NCBI GenBank assembly: GCA_051530055.1
Contig: CM121342.1
Span: 13,407,480 to 13,471,479 of the forward strand
DNA length: 64,000 bases
Origin: Neoechinorhynchus agilis
Taxonomy: Eukaryota > Animalia > Acanthocephala
Direction of reading: 5' to 3'
Under the pieces are notes generated by a model. The model was not told where the DNA came from. It searched no databases and saw only the letters and a program-made list of their open reading frames with translations. Shown here piece by piece: positions 12,457-23,859 of the stretch. Position numbers and translations under genes: made by a program. How positions within the stretch are numbered: the first letter of the stretch is position 1; each line of letters opens with the position of its first letter.

Positions 12457-12702
12457 TCAATCATCAAAACGTTCGCTGAGGTTAAATGAAAGACTCTTAA
12501 ACTCTTCATCCGATTTTAAACTAGCAGCGTATAGCCCGAATCCAAGGCTGAGAAATACCATTACTGCTGTCACAATCAGCAGAGCGATTCCTAGCAGAAC
12601 ATCAGTTCTCTGATTTCTTTGATTCTCTTCTTCCATCATCATTCGGAATCTTGTATGAAGACTCATCGATGAGATGCCTCGGTTTCGACGCATCTTACAC
12701 AA
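12457..12702 (-). CDS. Small single-pass membrane protein or terminal exon
   Basis: One clear hydrophobic segment VLLGIALLIVTAVMVFLSLGFGLYAA flanked by charged residues. Confidence 0.4.
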   Translation of the reverse strand: MCKMRRNRGISSMSLHTRFRMMMEEENQRNQRTDVLLGIALLIVTAVMVFLSLGFGLYAASLKSDEEFKSLSFNLSERFDD

Positions 12703-13296
12703 TCGATGTCTTACTCAATTACACTTGAACTCAATAATGGTTGTCATGGTGTTTGTTGAAAATTCTCGGTTTTCGCAGTTACCTTTCAATCAATTACTCA
12801 TGAGCAGATAATCAACTTTCGTTTTTCCTGCAGTTATTAGCGGAGCAAACTTCGTAAATAAAGCTTATTGGAGAATTAATTACACTTCGCCTATGCGACG
12901 TTTGCTCTATTTTCAATTCTTATAACAACAATAGCAAACAATATTCTTATTGTTTGATAAAGTATGTTTCAATGTACGCATACTTAATGTTCTGCGACGC
13001 TGCATTTCATAGTGATCCATGGAAACATTGGTTTACACTCGCATTAAGCAAAAATATTATCCCTTCAGACTAGGTTTATTTTTCACTATATTCGCTTAAT
13101 CTTATGATTTTTTTTATAAATCATGCGCACATTACGATTTTAAATTGATATTTGTATTTTATTTGTTTTACTTTTTGACGTGGATTGTGTTTCCTGAATG
13201 TTCTTATAAGTTGAAACGTCCGACAACTCTTGAACATCGAAACAAAATCCGCGCATGCTTTGAACTTTCACGGTTAAATTAATACTAAGAGAAAGA

Positions 13297-13346
13297 TGGA
13301 ATTGTGGTGATCATAATCCCGCATGATTACGATCACCACAATTCCA
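13297..13346. repeat. 50-nt hairpin (16-bp perfect stem, 1 mismatch, 5 bp, 6-nt loop); minimal F1 family member
   Basis: tggaattgtggtgatc / gatcaccacaattcca; matches the F1 terminus. Confidence 0.85.
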
Positions 13347-14070
13347 CCAATGGAGAGTTATTGCTGTGTACCAAAATAATCTACCATGTCTAAATCTGTC
13401 TGAACATCAAAATTTAATTCAAGATCTGTTTGGACATCAAAATTTAAACTATCATGAACCGGAGGAAAGACCTAACCTCACAACCTAACAATCTCTCCTG
13501 CGCATTCGAGTGTTCGGAGGACCTAAAGATATATGGGCCCTTTGCTTTATTAACCAACAAATAAACGTGTTATTATAAATGGCGAAGGAAAGATTATTCG
13601 CTGTATCTTCGGTATAATTCCAATATCGTCGCTCAAAGTTAGCAAAAGAATCTCCGGAGCTTTTACATTCCATCGTTAGTTATAAGACTTTTAAAGTGTT
13701 TATACGGACTCCTGGAAGCTCTACTAATCGTCTACTGATGCGTATTGCTCAATGCACCTCAAAATCTCAGCACTGATGTTGCTAATGGTGATACAGGAAT
13801 GCCGAATATAATTGAACGTACACATAATTTGTGATCACTAAAGTAATTAGCGATCTAAGGAAGCTTGATGACAAGCGCAACTAACTCAAACTTTAAATAA
13901 ACCATGAATTTTTGTTAACTGTCGGCGAAGTGCGTTTGTTACTCTTTAGTGTGTATTAAATGACCTTTGCAGATTCAGAGTTATAAAGAATTTTGTGGTT
14001 TTTAGAATGTCGGTGTAATCTTTAAAATTATTTGGCACAATACAACAACACAACTCGTGGTCATTTTTAG

Positions 14071-14439
14071 ATGAACAACGTGAGCCGCATCCCTAAAAAT
14101 ATTAATTCGAGTGAAGTACTGGACGTCGAAATGCAAGAAGCAATAGAATCTCTTGACATCGCAACTGACAAAGCAACTGAGGATTCGAAACGAACAGTAT
14201 ATCCTATAAGTAGGATAAAAACAATTGTCAAATCAGACCCTGAACAATCGGGTTTCATTGCATCCGAAGCTATTTTCCTACTAACGAAAGCGGCAGAGGA
14301 GTTTACTTGTCTTCTAGGAAATATACTCTCAGAAGAGTGTTTAAAGTCAAACAAAAAGACAGTTTCCTCAAACACTATTAAAGACGCTATAGAAAATTAT
14401 GACAGTTTAAGTTTTTTGAGTGGATGCTTTGATAATTGA
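14071..14439 (+). CDS. POLE4: Histone-fold protein, DNA polymerase epsilon subunit 4 (Dpb3-like)
   Basis: YPISRIKTIVKSDP..ASEAIFLLTKAAEEF..KKTV..AIENYDSLSFLSGCFD resembles POLE4 (ends AFLEGTLD) more than CHRAC1. Confidence 0.75.
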   Translation: MNNVSRIPKNINSSEVLDVEMQEAIESLDIATDKATEDSKRTVYPISRIKTIVKSDPEQSGFIASEAIFLLTKAAEEFTCLLGNILSEECLKSNKKTVSSNTIKDAIENYDSLSFLSGCFDN

Positions 14440-14775
14440 AAAGCCAAAGTTGAGAAAAAGAAGTATTAAATTCAACTTTATGATGCTACTATTCGTTGTT
14501 ACCATCTTTTTCCCATTGGATTCCTCATCTCTGCAGTCACTACATCTTCTCTTTTGACCAATTTTGACTCAACGAAACTGTACATTTTCGGCAGGTTTTG
14601 GTGAGTCATTCCATTTTGAAGGATCTGAACATTTCCCGATATATTCTTAGGTTGAGCGCTGTATGCGCGACAGACTTGACGCACTCACCAAAAAAAATAG
14701 CAATCTAGGTAAAAAGTATTCTATGGATTTTCTTTAACCCTAAAATGGGCCATCGTGCGGGCATGTCGTAAAACT

Positions 14776-15040
14776 GAGCATTAGAAGGTGAATGGTGTTA
14801 CTGGTGGAACTCCCTAACGGTGATAAAGAATCAGCGGAAGCTTGGTGACCGCTGCAAGTGTCGATCGTCACAATCGTCTCACCTTTTTCCGACCAAACGT
14901 CCAAATCAGGAATTACGCGTTAGGATCCACATCCCTGTTATTCGCTGATGGAAATCAATATAATGAATCAAATTTGGAGTGCTCTCCCACTCAGGAACAC
15001 AGAGATGAAGACCTGACGAATCCGAGTTGGCCAACGACGA
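14776..15040 (+). repeat. 265-bp dispersed repeat; inverted twin at 30077-30341
   Basis: Reverse-complement identity; both give the same MVTAASVD..SWPTT translation in the ORF track. Confidence 0.85.
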
Positions 15041-15484
15041 ATGTCCCAAATAGATGTTTTTTTAAAGAGCAACAATTTTTTTAGATGTAAGGTGACCGGA
15101 CTGTAATAATATACTGAATTTTTACCTGTATATTTCGAAAAGACAAAGATGTGATTGCATCCTTGCATCGCTCGTATAAAATAATCAAAAATTTGAGACT
15201 TCATTTGTTTAGATTGCTCCTATGATAAAGAATTGCTTGTCAGCTGAGACTGCGCAAATTAACCATTCTCGATCACGTTGACATTTTTTGGCCTTATCGC
15301 GGTATCTTTTATAAGACAACTGCGCAAAAATACTTCATCTGAGTGTCATAATGTGGTGCTGCTGCTCCACGATTCGTAGAGACAAGTTAGTGCAGCATAA
15401 TTCACCGACACGTACTACTGTGCACGCAAATAAAAGGTTCTTGTTTTCATTCCCTTCGTTTCCTCCTTCTTAGCGTGCGACAAA

Positions 15485-16353
15485 ATGGGTTCACAGAAAA
15501 GCAAGTTTGATCCGACCGTCCTTAACGAAGATGCACTTGAGCTACTTACCGCTAACACAAATATGTCTAAACAAGAGGTAAGATTTTTATAAACGTCTAA
15601 AAGCTCAACGAATTTCGAAACCCGAGATTCTCTCCATGAGTACTGCCATAACGCAGGGTTCCTTTTTTATAAAACAAAAAGGACTTCGCAACCATTGATA
15701 TGTTTTTATCAGCAATATTCTCAGCGACAATCATATAAAGCCCGAGCATTTGTGATTTCTTGAGACTTTCTGTTATAATATAGCAACTAGAAAACATAAA
15801 TCAAGATTTTTCTTACCAAAAATCGTAATTTTTCTCTATGCCGCTTTAAGAACGCTCTCATTCCTTTTAGATCTTAAAATGGCACGCTGGCTTCATTAAT
15901 GATTGTCCGACCGGAAAACTGGACAAAAAACAATTTGTTCGCATTGCGAGACAGTTAATGCCGGAGAAACCTGGAGATGCAGTCGCGAAGATGTGTGAAT
16001 TTACATTCTCTGCATTTGATCAAGACCGCAATGGATACATTGACTTTTATGAATTCTTGTTATCCATTGCTGCGACAGGTGCATCAAACAGTGTTGACCT
16101 GCAAACTCGTCTCTCGTCCGTATTTGATATATACGACATCGACAAGAACGGCCAAGTTGACCAAAAGGAATTAGCGACAATTTTGGTGGTAGTAGGTAAC
16201 CTCTCGGGACTCGGAAAAGGATTTGATGCAAAGAAAAAGGCTAAGGAAATCATTGAGAAGGCCGATGCTAGTGGCGATGGAAAGCTGAACCGCAGGGAAT
16301 TCGTTTTGCTTTTGTGCAACGATGAGGATATTCGAAATCTTCTGGTTCAGTAA
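15485..16353 (+). CDS. Neuronal calcium sensor (neurocalcin/recoverin family); exons 15485-15577 and 15871-16353
   Basis: MGSQKSK myristoylation start; gtaag..tttag intron; WHAGFINDCPTGKL; three canonical EF loops DQDRNGYIDFYE, DIDKNGQVDQKE, DASGDGKLNRRE. Confidence 0.92.
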
Positions 16354-16739
16354 TTTATAGGGAATTAAAGTGAGGATTTTTGTTTCTATATTTATGGCGA
16401 ACCACTCTTTAAGAAAGGTCAACCCTGTAACGCAACTTATCTAAATGTTACAACGAAGAAATGCTATTGGCCTGTTCAGTGTACAATCTGTACGCGTTCC
16501 ATTAGACTCCGGCTCTTAATCTTTAGGTGATGTAATTCAAGTAGAGAATACTTCTCGAACCTAAAAATATCAAAATAGAAATTTCGCCCTGATGTACACG
16601 TATCATCAAATCAAATTAGTTCTTGGATTTGCTGCTTATTGACGTTCAAAAATATGAAATGAGCAATCACGGTCGCTCATTAACACCATTTGAAGGAAAG
16701 AGCTCGTAATAAAGATTATATATAACACGTTCATTTAAT

Positions 16740-16956
16740 ACAAGAAAGGCTTAGGAGGACCCATGTACCTTTGGATCCTCATTCGTTAATATGGGTATAT
16801 GCAGTCTAGGGACGCCCGTTCGAGTGATAATATCCAGTCGGAGGGATGTTCGTTCAAATGGAAATATCAGTTTGGAGGGATGTCCCTACGGGTGGGAATA
16901 TCCGGTCGGAGGGAAGTCCGTTCAAGTTAGAATAACCGATCAGAGGGATGCCCCTC
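16740..16956 (-). mobile_element. R1 repeat copy at the left border of segmental copy A1
   Basis: ggaggacccatgtacctttggatcctc plus the subrepeat block. Confidence 0.6.
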
Positions 16957-17212
16957 ATAACCTATATGTTTTTAGACCTCGATAAAGGCACAAAATTATG
17001 CCGAAATATTGGAAATTTTACGCCAGATACAAATAAGCACAATTTGTTTGCAACCTTAATAAGTCTTAATGGTAACATTGAAGTTTCGTGGATGCGAGGA
17101 TCAAAGAGATTGTTCTTTATCTGTTGAAAATGAAGTTGAGATCGGATTCGCGGCGGCTGTTGAACATGTATCCTTATTTTTGCTTTTTTGTAGACTCGCC
17201 CGCCGGTAATTT

Positions 17213-17495
17213 TTTATTAAGTATCTATGTGCGGCCTTATATTCTCGGTTGATAATTTTTCTTGTGGTTCGAATCCGTTACCGCCAATGATGCACAACCA
17301 AAGGGGACGAAATACTGCTGAAAGGAGGAAACTCACTGATGAGTTCCGCCTCCTGGAGGTATCTGAGGATCGGAAGGAATGTACAAACTCATAACCGGAT
17401 GGTTCAGGGTATTGAGTGACCAGATCGGAGGGCTGTGTGCCCAAGGAACATTATCAGCCGAGAATAAAAGGCCGCACATAGATACTTAATAAAAA
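17213..17495 (+). mobile_element. tRNA-SINE body bounded by ~45-bp inverted repeats; paralogs near 37945, 52780 and 61830
   Basis: B box ggttcgaatcc near 17267; tttttattaagtatctatgtgcggcc.. pairs with ..ggccgcacatagatacttaataaaaa. Confidence 0.7.
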
Positions 17496-17742
17496 TGTAT
17501 CCTTATGTTTTAAAGCATCAAACGACAAATGCATTGCGAATAAAGATATCTTTCAAATACGAATTCTCCCTTGTGTTATTGGTTGTCAAAAACCAAGAAG
17601 GCTCTTAAGAAAATTGAGCATAAATGAAGAACGTAAAGCTTTACAAATATGTCTAATAGTTTTTACACTGATAAAGAGCATTGGAAACATGAAATAAATA
17701 TTTTATTACATTAATCTACTAAAACTATTTAAAATAACTGTA

Positions 17743-18843
17743 TCACAAATCAGCTGTTTCGTCATCCTCTTCCAATTCATCTACCACGATTTCGTCCTTA
17801 TCAAGAGCCCATGGCTGCACTTCCGCGGTTCCAGTCAATATAAACTATAATCCTGAAATGAAATAACAAACAGCATCGGGCACAATACTCCTGGCAGGAT
17901 TCCAAACGTGTTAGAAATGCCCCAGATTATGCCAGCAAATCTTGGCGCCATGTCGTTGGCACTGCAATACATCCCACCTCCTGTATTAAATCCTGTCGTC
18001 GCCAGGACCAGCGTAAACAGCAGGGTACCGGCCCAAGCTGTCTTGGTCGTCACAAATCCAGTAAGGAATATGAAAATTGCGGGTAGAAAATTTCCAAGTG
18101 CTGTAAAAACTTTTCGGGCTTTTGTACGATCCATTGTTCCGGCGTTAATAAGTTTATCGCACATTACTCCGCAGATCAAAGTCATTAGCCAGTAGAAGAT
18201 ATAGGGTACCGAACCCAAAAATCCGCTTTTCTTAACGTTGAAATTCAGAACGTCCTTACTGTACGTACTTATATTTGTCAGAAGAGTAAAAAATCCAACA
18301 GCCTAAAAAAAATTAGATGTAAACATTCCCCAACAAGGGATTGATGTAAATATGGCCTTGTACGGAACCTTTCGAGCTTCGCCACTTGCTGAAGAGATTG
18401 GTTTGTTTTGGCAAATATACTCGAGTTCTCGTTTAGGGATAAAGTGATGATCTTCTGGCCGCGATCTTGCCAAAAGTGCCCATGCAATCGTCCAAGATTA
18501 TTCCAAAGATTCCAGACACATAGAAAACCAGCGGCCATCCGTCCAAAAACGATTGCTCGCAAAGGACGGCGGATAGCGGAAGAGCTACAATTGTGCCCAA
18601 TTGTGCCCCGGAATTGCTTATAGCAATTAATTGACTTCTTTCCTGAGCAGGAGCCCATTCACTGAGTAAATGTAAGAGCGCAGGCCAGTTGACGCTTGCA
18701 AGAAATCCAAGAAAAAATCGTACCAAAAAGATTAGAACTGGACTTATGTTGGCTGCGAATGGCGTCGCCAGAGTACACAAAGAACTTCCAGTTACTGATA
18801 TTATCAACACTCGTTGAGGTCCGAGTTTGTATGCTAGAACGCC
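17743..18843 (-). pseudogene. SLC17 pseudogene (5' ~140 codons deleted, internal ~66-bp deletion, frameshifts)
   Basis: Aligns to 38451-39612; junction gaacgcctg|atgaaaattggc skips the start codon; split ORFs in the track. Confidence 0.9.
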
Positions 18844-20087
18844 TGATGAAAATTGGCACAAGAAATCTCTCAGAAAGTTTAGAAGCTGTTTTCCGCAATG
18901 ATAGTTCGTTAATGAAAATCGATACTCCATAGATGTATTAAAAAATGAGCCCTACTTTAACTCACAAAGGAAAACCTCTTGGGCTCTATTCAATTGATGA
19001 TCGCGTCAATACAAACATTACCTAGAAAGTTGCGACGAATTAAGAAGATGGCTTTCAGCTACATTCAGCAAGCTTCAAGGAAACCGATCAATACTCTGTT
19101 GGCGACCAGCTTCACCGCTTCAAAGCAAAACGATTACATCGCGGAAAGTCGGATAAATAAGCGACCTTGATAACGTATAAAAATATTTTTGCTGGAATAA
19201 GAAAGATCACCTAAGTGCCGTATTGATATGTTTTTATATATAAAGTTTTATGAGAATTGGTTCGCTGATAAAGCAATTGAAGTTCCGATCGCTCGGTTAA
19301 AGGATTTCGAGTGAGATGAACAAAGCTGAAAATGTCCGGTAAAAATATAAAACGTTAAAGACGATAAAACGCAAATAAAGTACTACGTTTCAACTAACTG
19401 ACTGGAATGAATTTGAAGACAATAATTTATTAATCATCGAGAGAAATTTCTTTGGAATGATAAAGCTAATCAATACAAAAGAACAAATATGTTTTTAGAA
19501 GTGTTTTATTCGGGATTCACAAAATGGAAGCAGTCCTATGCAAATATTTACAGTCGAATAAACCCGTCGCAGTAAGATAGCGCCTTGAGCTAAGGAGATT
19601 TTTCGTACTTCGTAATTTTGTTGGAAGATTTAAGTCCTGCTAGAAATGTGTGCCCTTGATCTTTATTATAATCGCACAAGTAAAAAGTCAAGAAAAACCG
19701 ACAACATATTTTATAAATATAAAATTCAACTATGCCGATTTTTTTGCATCGCAAGTTATTTTAATGCCTGATTTTTGCTTTGACGGTTACAAAAAGGCGC
19801 AATGTTTTTGCTATAATCTCACACAATCTTTATTAAAAAGTTTTCACTGTAAGTTCGGCGGTGCTTTACTTGTCCAGTTCGTTCATCGAACACTTTAGAT
19901 TAAACCCCATCGCATTTGAAAGAGTAGCATTCACAAAAGTATATCTTTATAACTTTTATTAAAATTTTGGATAATAGGTGACTCAAATTTAATCATCTTC
20001 ATCGTCTTCAGACACGTATAATCCCATCGAGGATAGCATGGTACCGACTGGGTTCACCGTGTAACTCTCATTTGCGGTACTAAGCGA

Positions 20088-20895
20088 TTAAAACAAATTC
20101 TTGAGCGTTTCACATTCATCAAGATCCTCGAGCTCGGAATGGTTTTCAAAGTCCGACGACCGTGACGAACTGGTACATAACAACATTTTGTCTGTACTCT
20201 TTAAATTCTCATTTCTGTTAATAGAAGGACAATCATTCTTCATACTCCAAGGTTCCTCTGCGCCTTCCATCAATCCACTACTGCCCTTGACAAGATCACC
20301 GATCGCCTTTGTTATCAGATCAGGTTGAAATCTAACGTTCATAGAAGATGTCACGTATTCTTCATGAAGCTCTGGAACAACGCCAAGTTGGTTTACGAAG
20401 TCCGTCTTAGGTGCTTTAGGCCAACCGCAATACAGTTTGGCGGAGAAGGATTCCAAGGGACGGCAGATACGCTCCGGACTGCATTGACTTTGGTATACAG
20501 CATTTTGTGAATGCGCACCGTTTTTTTCTTCTATTCCGGTTGCTTACTCGGTTCAAAAGCGATCGTGCGAATGTTTGGATTGCTGAAAAACTGGCGGCAT
20601 ATTGCAGAGAAATTTTATTCTTTTTAATCTCTTTTGTCATTTCTATGGGAAATGTGATTTCAAAGGATTTCGAACAGCATCTCGGATCTGTGTATTTGAG
20701 TATTTTTGCTTTTATATTAAAAGGGAATCGAAATTTTTTAGCCTGATTTTTGGTAATGTTATTTATACAACTAACTAGAATTGGTCTTCGCCTTTTCAAA
20801 CTGGTTAAGCAAACAAAGTAAAAAGATATATCGCGAATTGAGCTTGCCGTCATGGACAGCGAAGAAGTGGATTCGATCATGTGATAGATGAACAT
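20088..20895 (-). CDS. Unidentified gene within block A; disrupted paralogs near 41250-42080 and 56130-56970
   Basis: Overlapping ORFs (KLYCGWPKAPKTDFVNQLG..; DPRCCSKSFEITFP..) retained in three copies; no family recognised. Confidence 0.4.
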
Positions 20896-21179
20896 TTTTT
20901 ATCAAAAATAAAAAAAGGTATTTTATGGCTCATAAATTAATTGGCGATTATCGTTAAATTTTCTGAAAAAGGCACGATTTTTATGAAGACATTGAATCCT
21001 TGGCGTCCTAATAAACTATAGTGATCAGTCAAACAATTCTTAAACGACATTACGACATTTAACTGTTAAAGAGAAGTCGCTTAGTAGGACAAAGAGACGC
21101 GATAAAATGGGAAGATGATCTTCTTTGAGATCTCAATCAATTCGCTTTTTTCACAGTCCCGAAATCCTTTTCTTCATTT

Positions 21180-21600
21180 CGGTGACGTTATAATAATAAC
21201 AAGTTTATTGGATGCAAAGAAAGGTTTAGGAGGACCCATGTACCTTTGGGTTCTCATTCGTTAATATGGGCATATGCAGTCGAGGGATGTCCCTTCGGGA
21301 GGTAATATCTGGTCGGAGGTATGTCTATTCGGGCGTTCGGGTGAGGATGTGTCCGTTCGATTGAGAAGATCCGGTTGGGTTGGAATGTCCGTTCTGGTGG
21401 GAATTAGTGTTTATTGCTTACAGGAGTGCTTGTAAGGTCGGTCTTTCCTCAGAATCATTTCATATTATGATATCCGAGAAGATTGGGCAGCATGGAAAGA
21501 GGAGCGTAGATATAAGGAGGTTCGAGGTATAGGAGGGTGAACGAATTAGGATTACGAGTGTTGTGCTCGTGTGAAAAAAGAGCGATATGTGGAATAAATT
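21180..21600 (-). mobile_element. R1 repeat copy at the right border of A1, with AATAAA and short (TTA) tail on the minus strand
   Basis: Same blocks as other R1 copies; minus strand ends ..ccaataaacttgttattatta at the A1 boundary. Confidence 0.6.
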
Positions 21601-22432
21601 GTGGTGGTAGGGTTGAGACTGCAGCAACCCCCTCACGCTGACGGCATTCCCTCGCTAATTTTTGATATTCTGGTGAAATAAAGCTGCTGCACGGGGATAA
21701 TTCGTGATATTACTCACACGTCTTCCTATCTCACCCATCAGTTTAAGCGCCGACTCTCCTGGGACTATGGATGGTGCGAATAAAATGCCTCTCTTGAGGT
21801 GCTATTTGTGTGGACAAATCGGCCAAGCCCAACGCCAGTATTGTGAGCAGAATCTCGGGATCAGTGGAGGCAGCAGCGGAGTAAAAGAATAATAATAACA
21901 CGTTTTCTTGGATTTTTATTTTCGGGGTATAATATACTATCTTTTGTTAGTTTTGCCACCCCGGATCACTAATTTATTTCCGATATTTCACATCGGATAA
22001 TTCCGACTTTTCCCCAAGCTTTGCCATCTAAAACACGAACATTATAGCCTTATCCTGTGGATTGGCAATCATCGGGCAAACTTTTCATCAGCCACTAGAA
22101 CCTCTGAGTTAGGACATCACTGCCATTTCAAGGACATTTTTAAACTGATATGTTTGTTTTGTTACTTTCCATCGGTTGAACTGAGCAGCCTATTTCGATG
22201 GCTTCCATTATCAACCAATTCCGTAAATATGGCTGCACGCTAGTCACACATTCGCTAAATCAGAATCAATTTGATGTCCGCAATTCACCGCATGATTAGA
22301 TATGGCTGAGGAAGAGTCATTGCGCATGTATGCATATTTGTGATGTGAGATCTTTTTACTACATATACATACATATTTTTGCTGAGTCCCTGTTTTGACT
22401 GTCGCACATATTTGGTTGGGTAGGCCTTGTAG

Positions 22433-23600
22433 TGGACCTCATATACAACTTCATGCAGCTCATATTTTGGCTGATTTAGGGATGCCACCAAGATTCCCAC
22501 TCTTTATATTGTACGCATCGATCGTCTTGTACAGGTAACGCAAATCCCGTCTAAGACTCGATTGAATTTCATTACCCACAAATTGTATCTCTATATATTT
22601 GGGTGCGACGACTAACAGTAACATCCAGAAATTTGATAGAACCCCTCTCACTCTCTTTTGCTGTTACAGCCAATTTGATGTTACTGTATCTCGAATCCAA
22701 CAATTCATTTAACCTTTTGACATTTGTGTTATCTTCGGATCCTCATGCACATTTGTAAGAGTTCCTTCCTTTGGGGTTTGTTAAATTACATTCTTTTAAA
22801 TCACGGTGAAGTATTGGAATCGCAAGGTTGATCGCTGAGTCCAATGGCACTCTTGTTAATAGAGACTTGACATCAGCAGAGATCATTCTATATTCTGTAT
22901 TCCCGTGCGCCTTCAATCTTCTTAGGAAATCTACACCAGATGATGCTGTGTACTTCCTAGCTGTTTTGCTGCGATACGCAATGGAGGATTTGTAAGCTTA
23001 AAATGTTAGAGACTCGATGCTTTGAAAGACCTGCCAGTGTAAGTTGATCGATTTGATACCATTGCAGCTAAATATACTATATTTGCTGCCTTTGCCGAAT
23101 GGTTAAAAGTGAGCCCTTAGATCACTAAATCGTTAACGAGTTATTCACTACAATTAACAATCTGATTAATGGAGCTGCTCCCCATGACATAGATTGTTGT
23201 ATCCACAATGAGAATGCTAAACCATTAGGCTCCATGGTGAAAAAAACGAGATGAATATGAAAGCAAAGTTGTTGTTTACAGAATTGCGTGCATCGGATGT
23301 AGTAATTCCTATGTAAGTCAAACAAACAATTTGGAAAAGAAGAACAAAAGAACACAAATATGCTCTGGGGAGGGGTACTGATGCCAGTTCTGCCATGCTC
23401 AAGCATTTTACATAACAAAGCAACTTCATGGACATCGAAAACGAAACCATTTTAGTGGAAAGTAAGTCCAAATTGAATCGCGTTATAGTGGATTATTCAT
23501 GGACTTGATTGTGACAGTGGACGAGAATAAGTCAGATTTGAAACTAAATCTAAGCGCAGTCTTAATTACCATCCCCTACTTGTTGAGTTTTGCCCTTGAT
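22433..23600 (-). mobile_element. Degenerate Penelope-like RT fragments
   Basis: Minus strand reads MISADVKSLLTRVP and FH*NGFVFD; 22433-22720 is an inverted, internally deleted copy of 24845-25460. Confidence 0.7.
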
Positions 23601-23859
23601 AAAGGGAAGCGATTGTGTTGTAATATCGGATTGAATATATACATTACCTCAATTTCCGTGAGTTTATAGCTGAAGAAGAGTCATTGCGCATGTATGCATA
23701 TGCATATTTGTGATGTGAGATCTTTTTGCTGAGTCCCTGTTTGGAAACGGTTCGCTAAACTTAAAGAAAAGGCAAATCAAGAATGGGAAATTATCATCGG
23801 ATTATTATACTCTCACGATATCACATGGCTCAATGACTACGTGATACTCCGATCGATGA

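Larger units (their letters stand above)
16957..21178. repeat. Segmental duplication block A (SLC17 block), copy A1, most diverged
   Basis: Colinear with about 37690-42430, 52525-57320 and 61575-64000, with internal deletions. Confidence 0.9.

Noticed and set aside
21790-21850. Zinc knuckle CYLCGQIGQAQRQYC
   Set aside because: It lacks the His and has no gag context; possibly a TE scrap but unsupported.
22300-23760. ctgaggaagagtc / ctgaagaagagtc as hammerheads (about 22306 and 23668)
   Set aside because: No closing stem II or GAAA at a usable distance.
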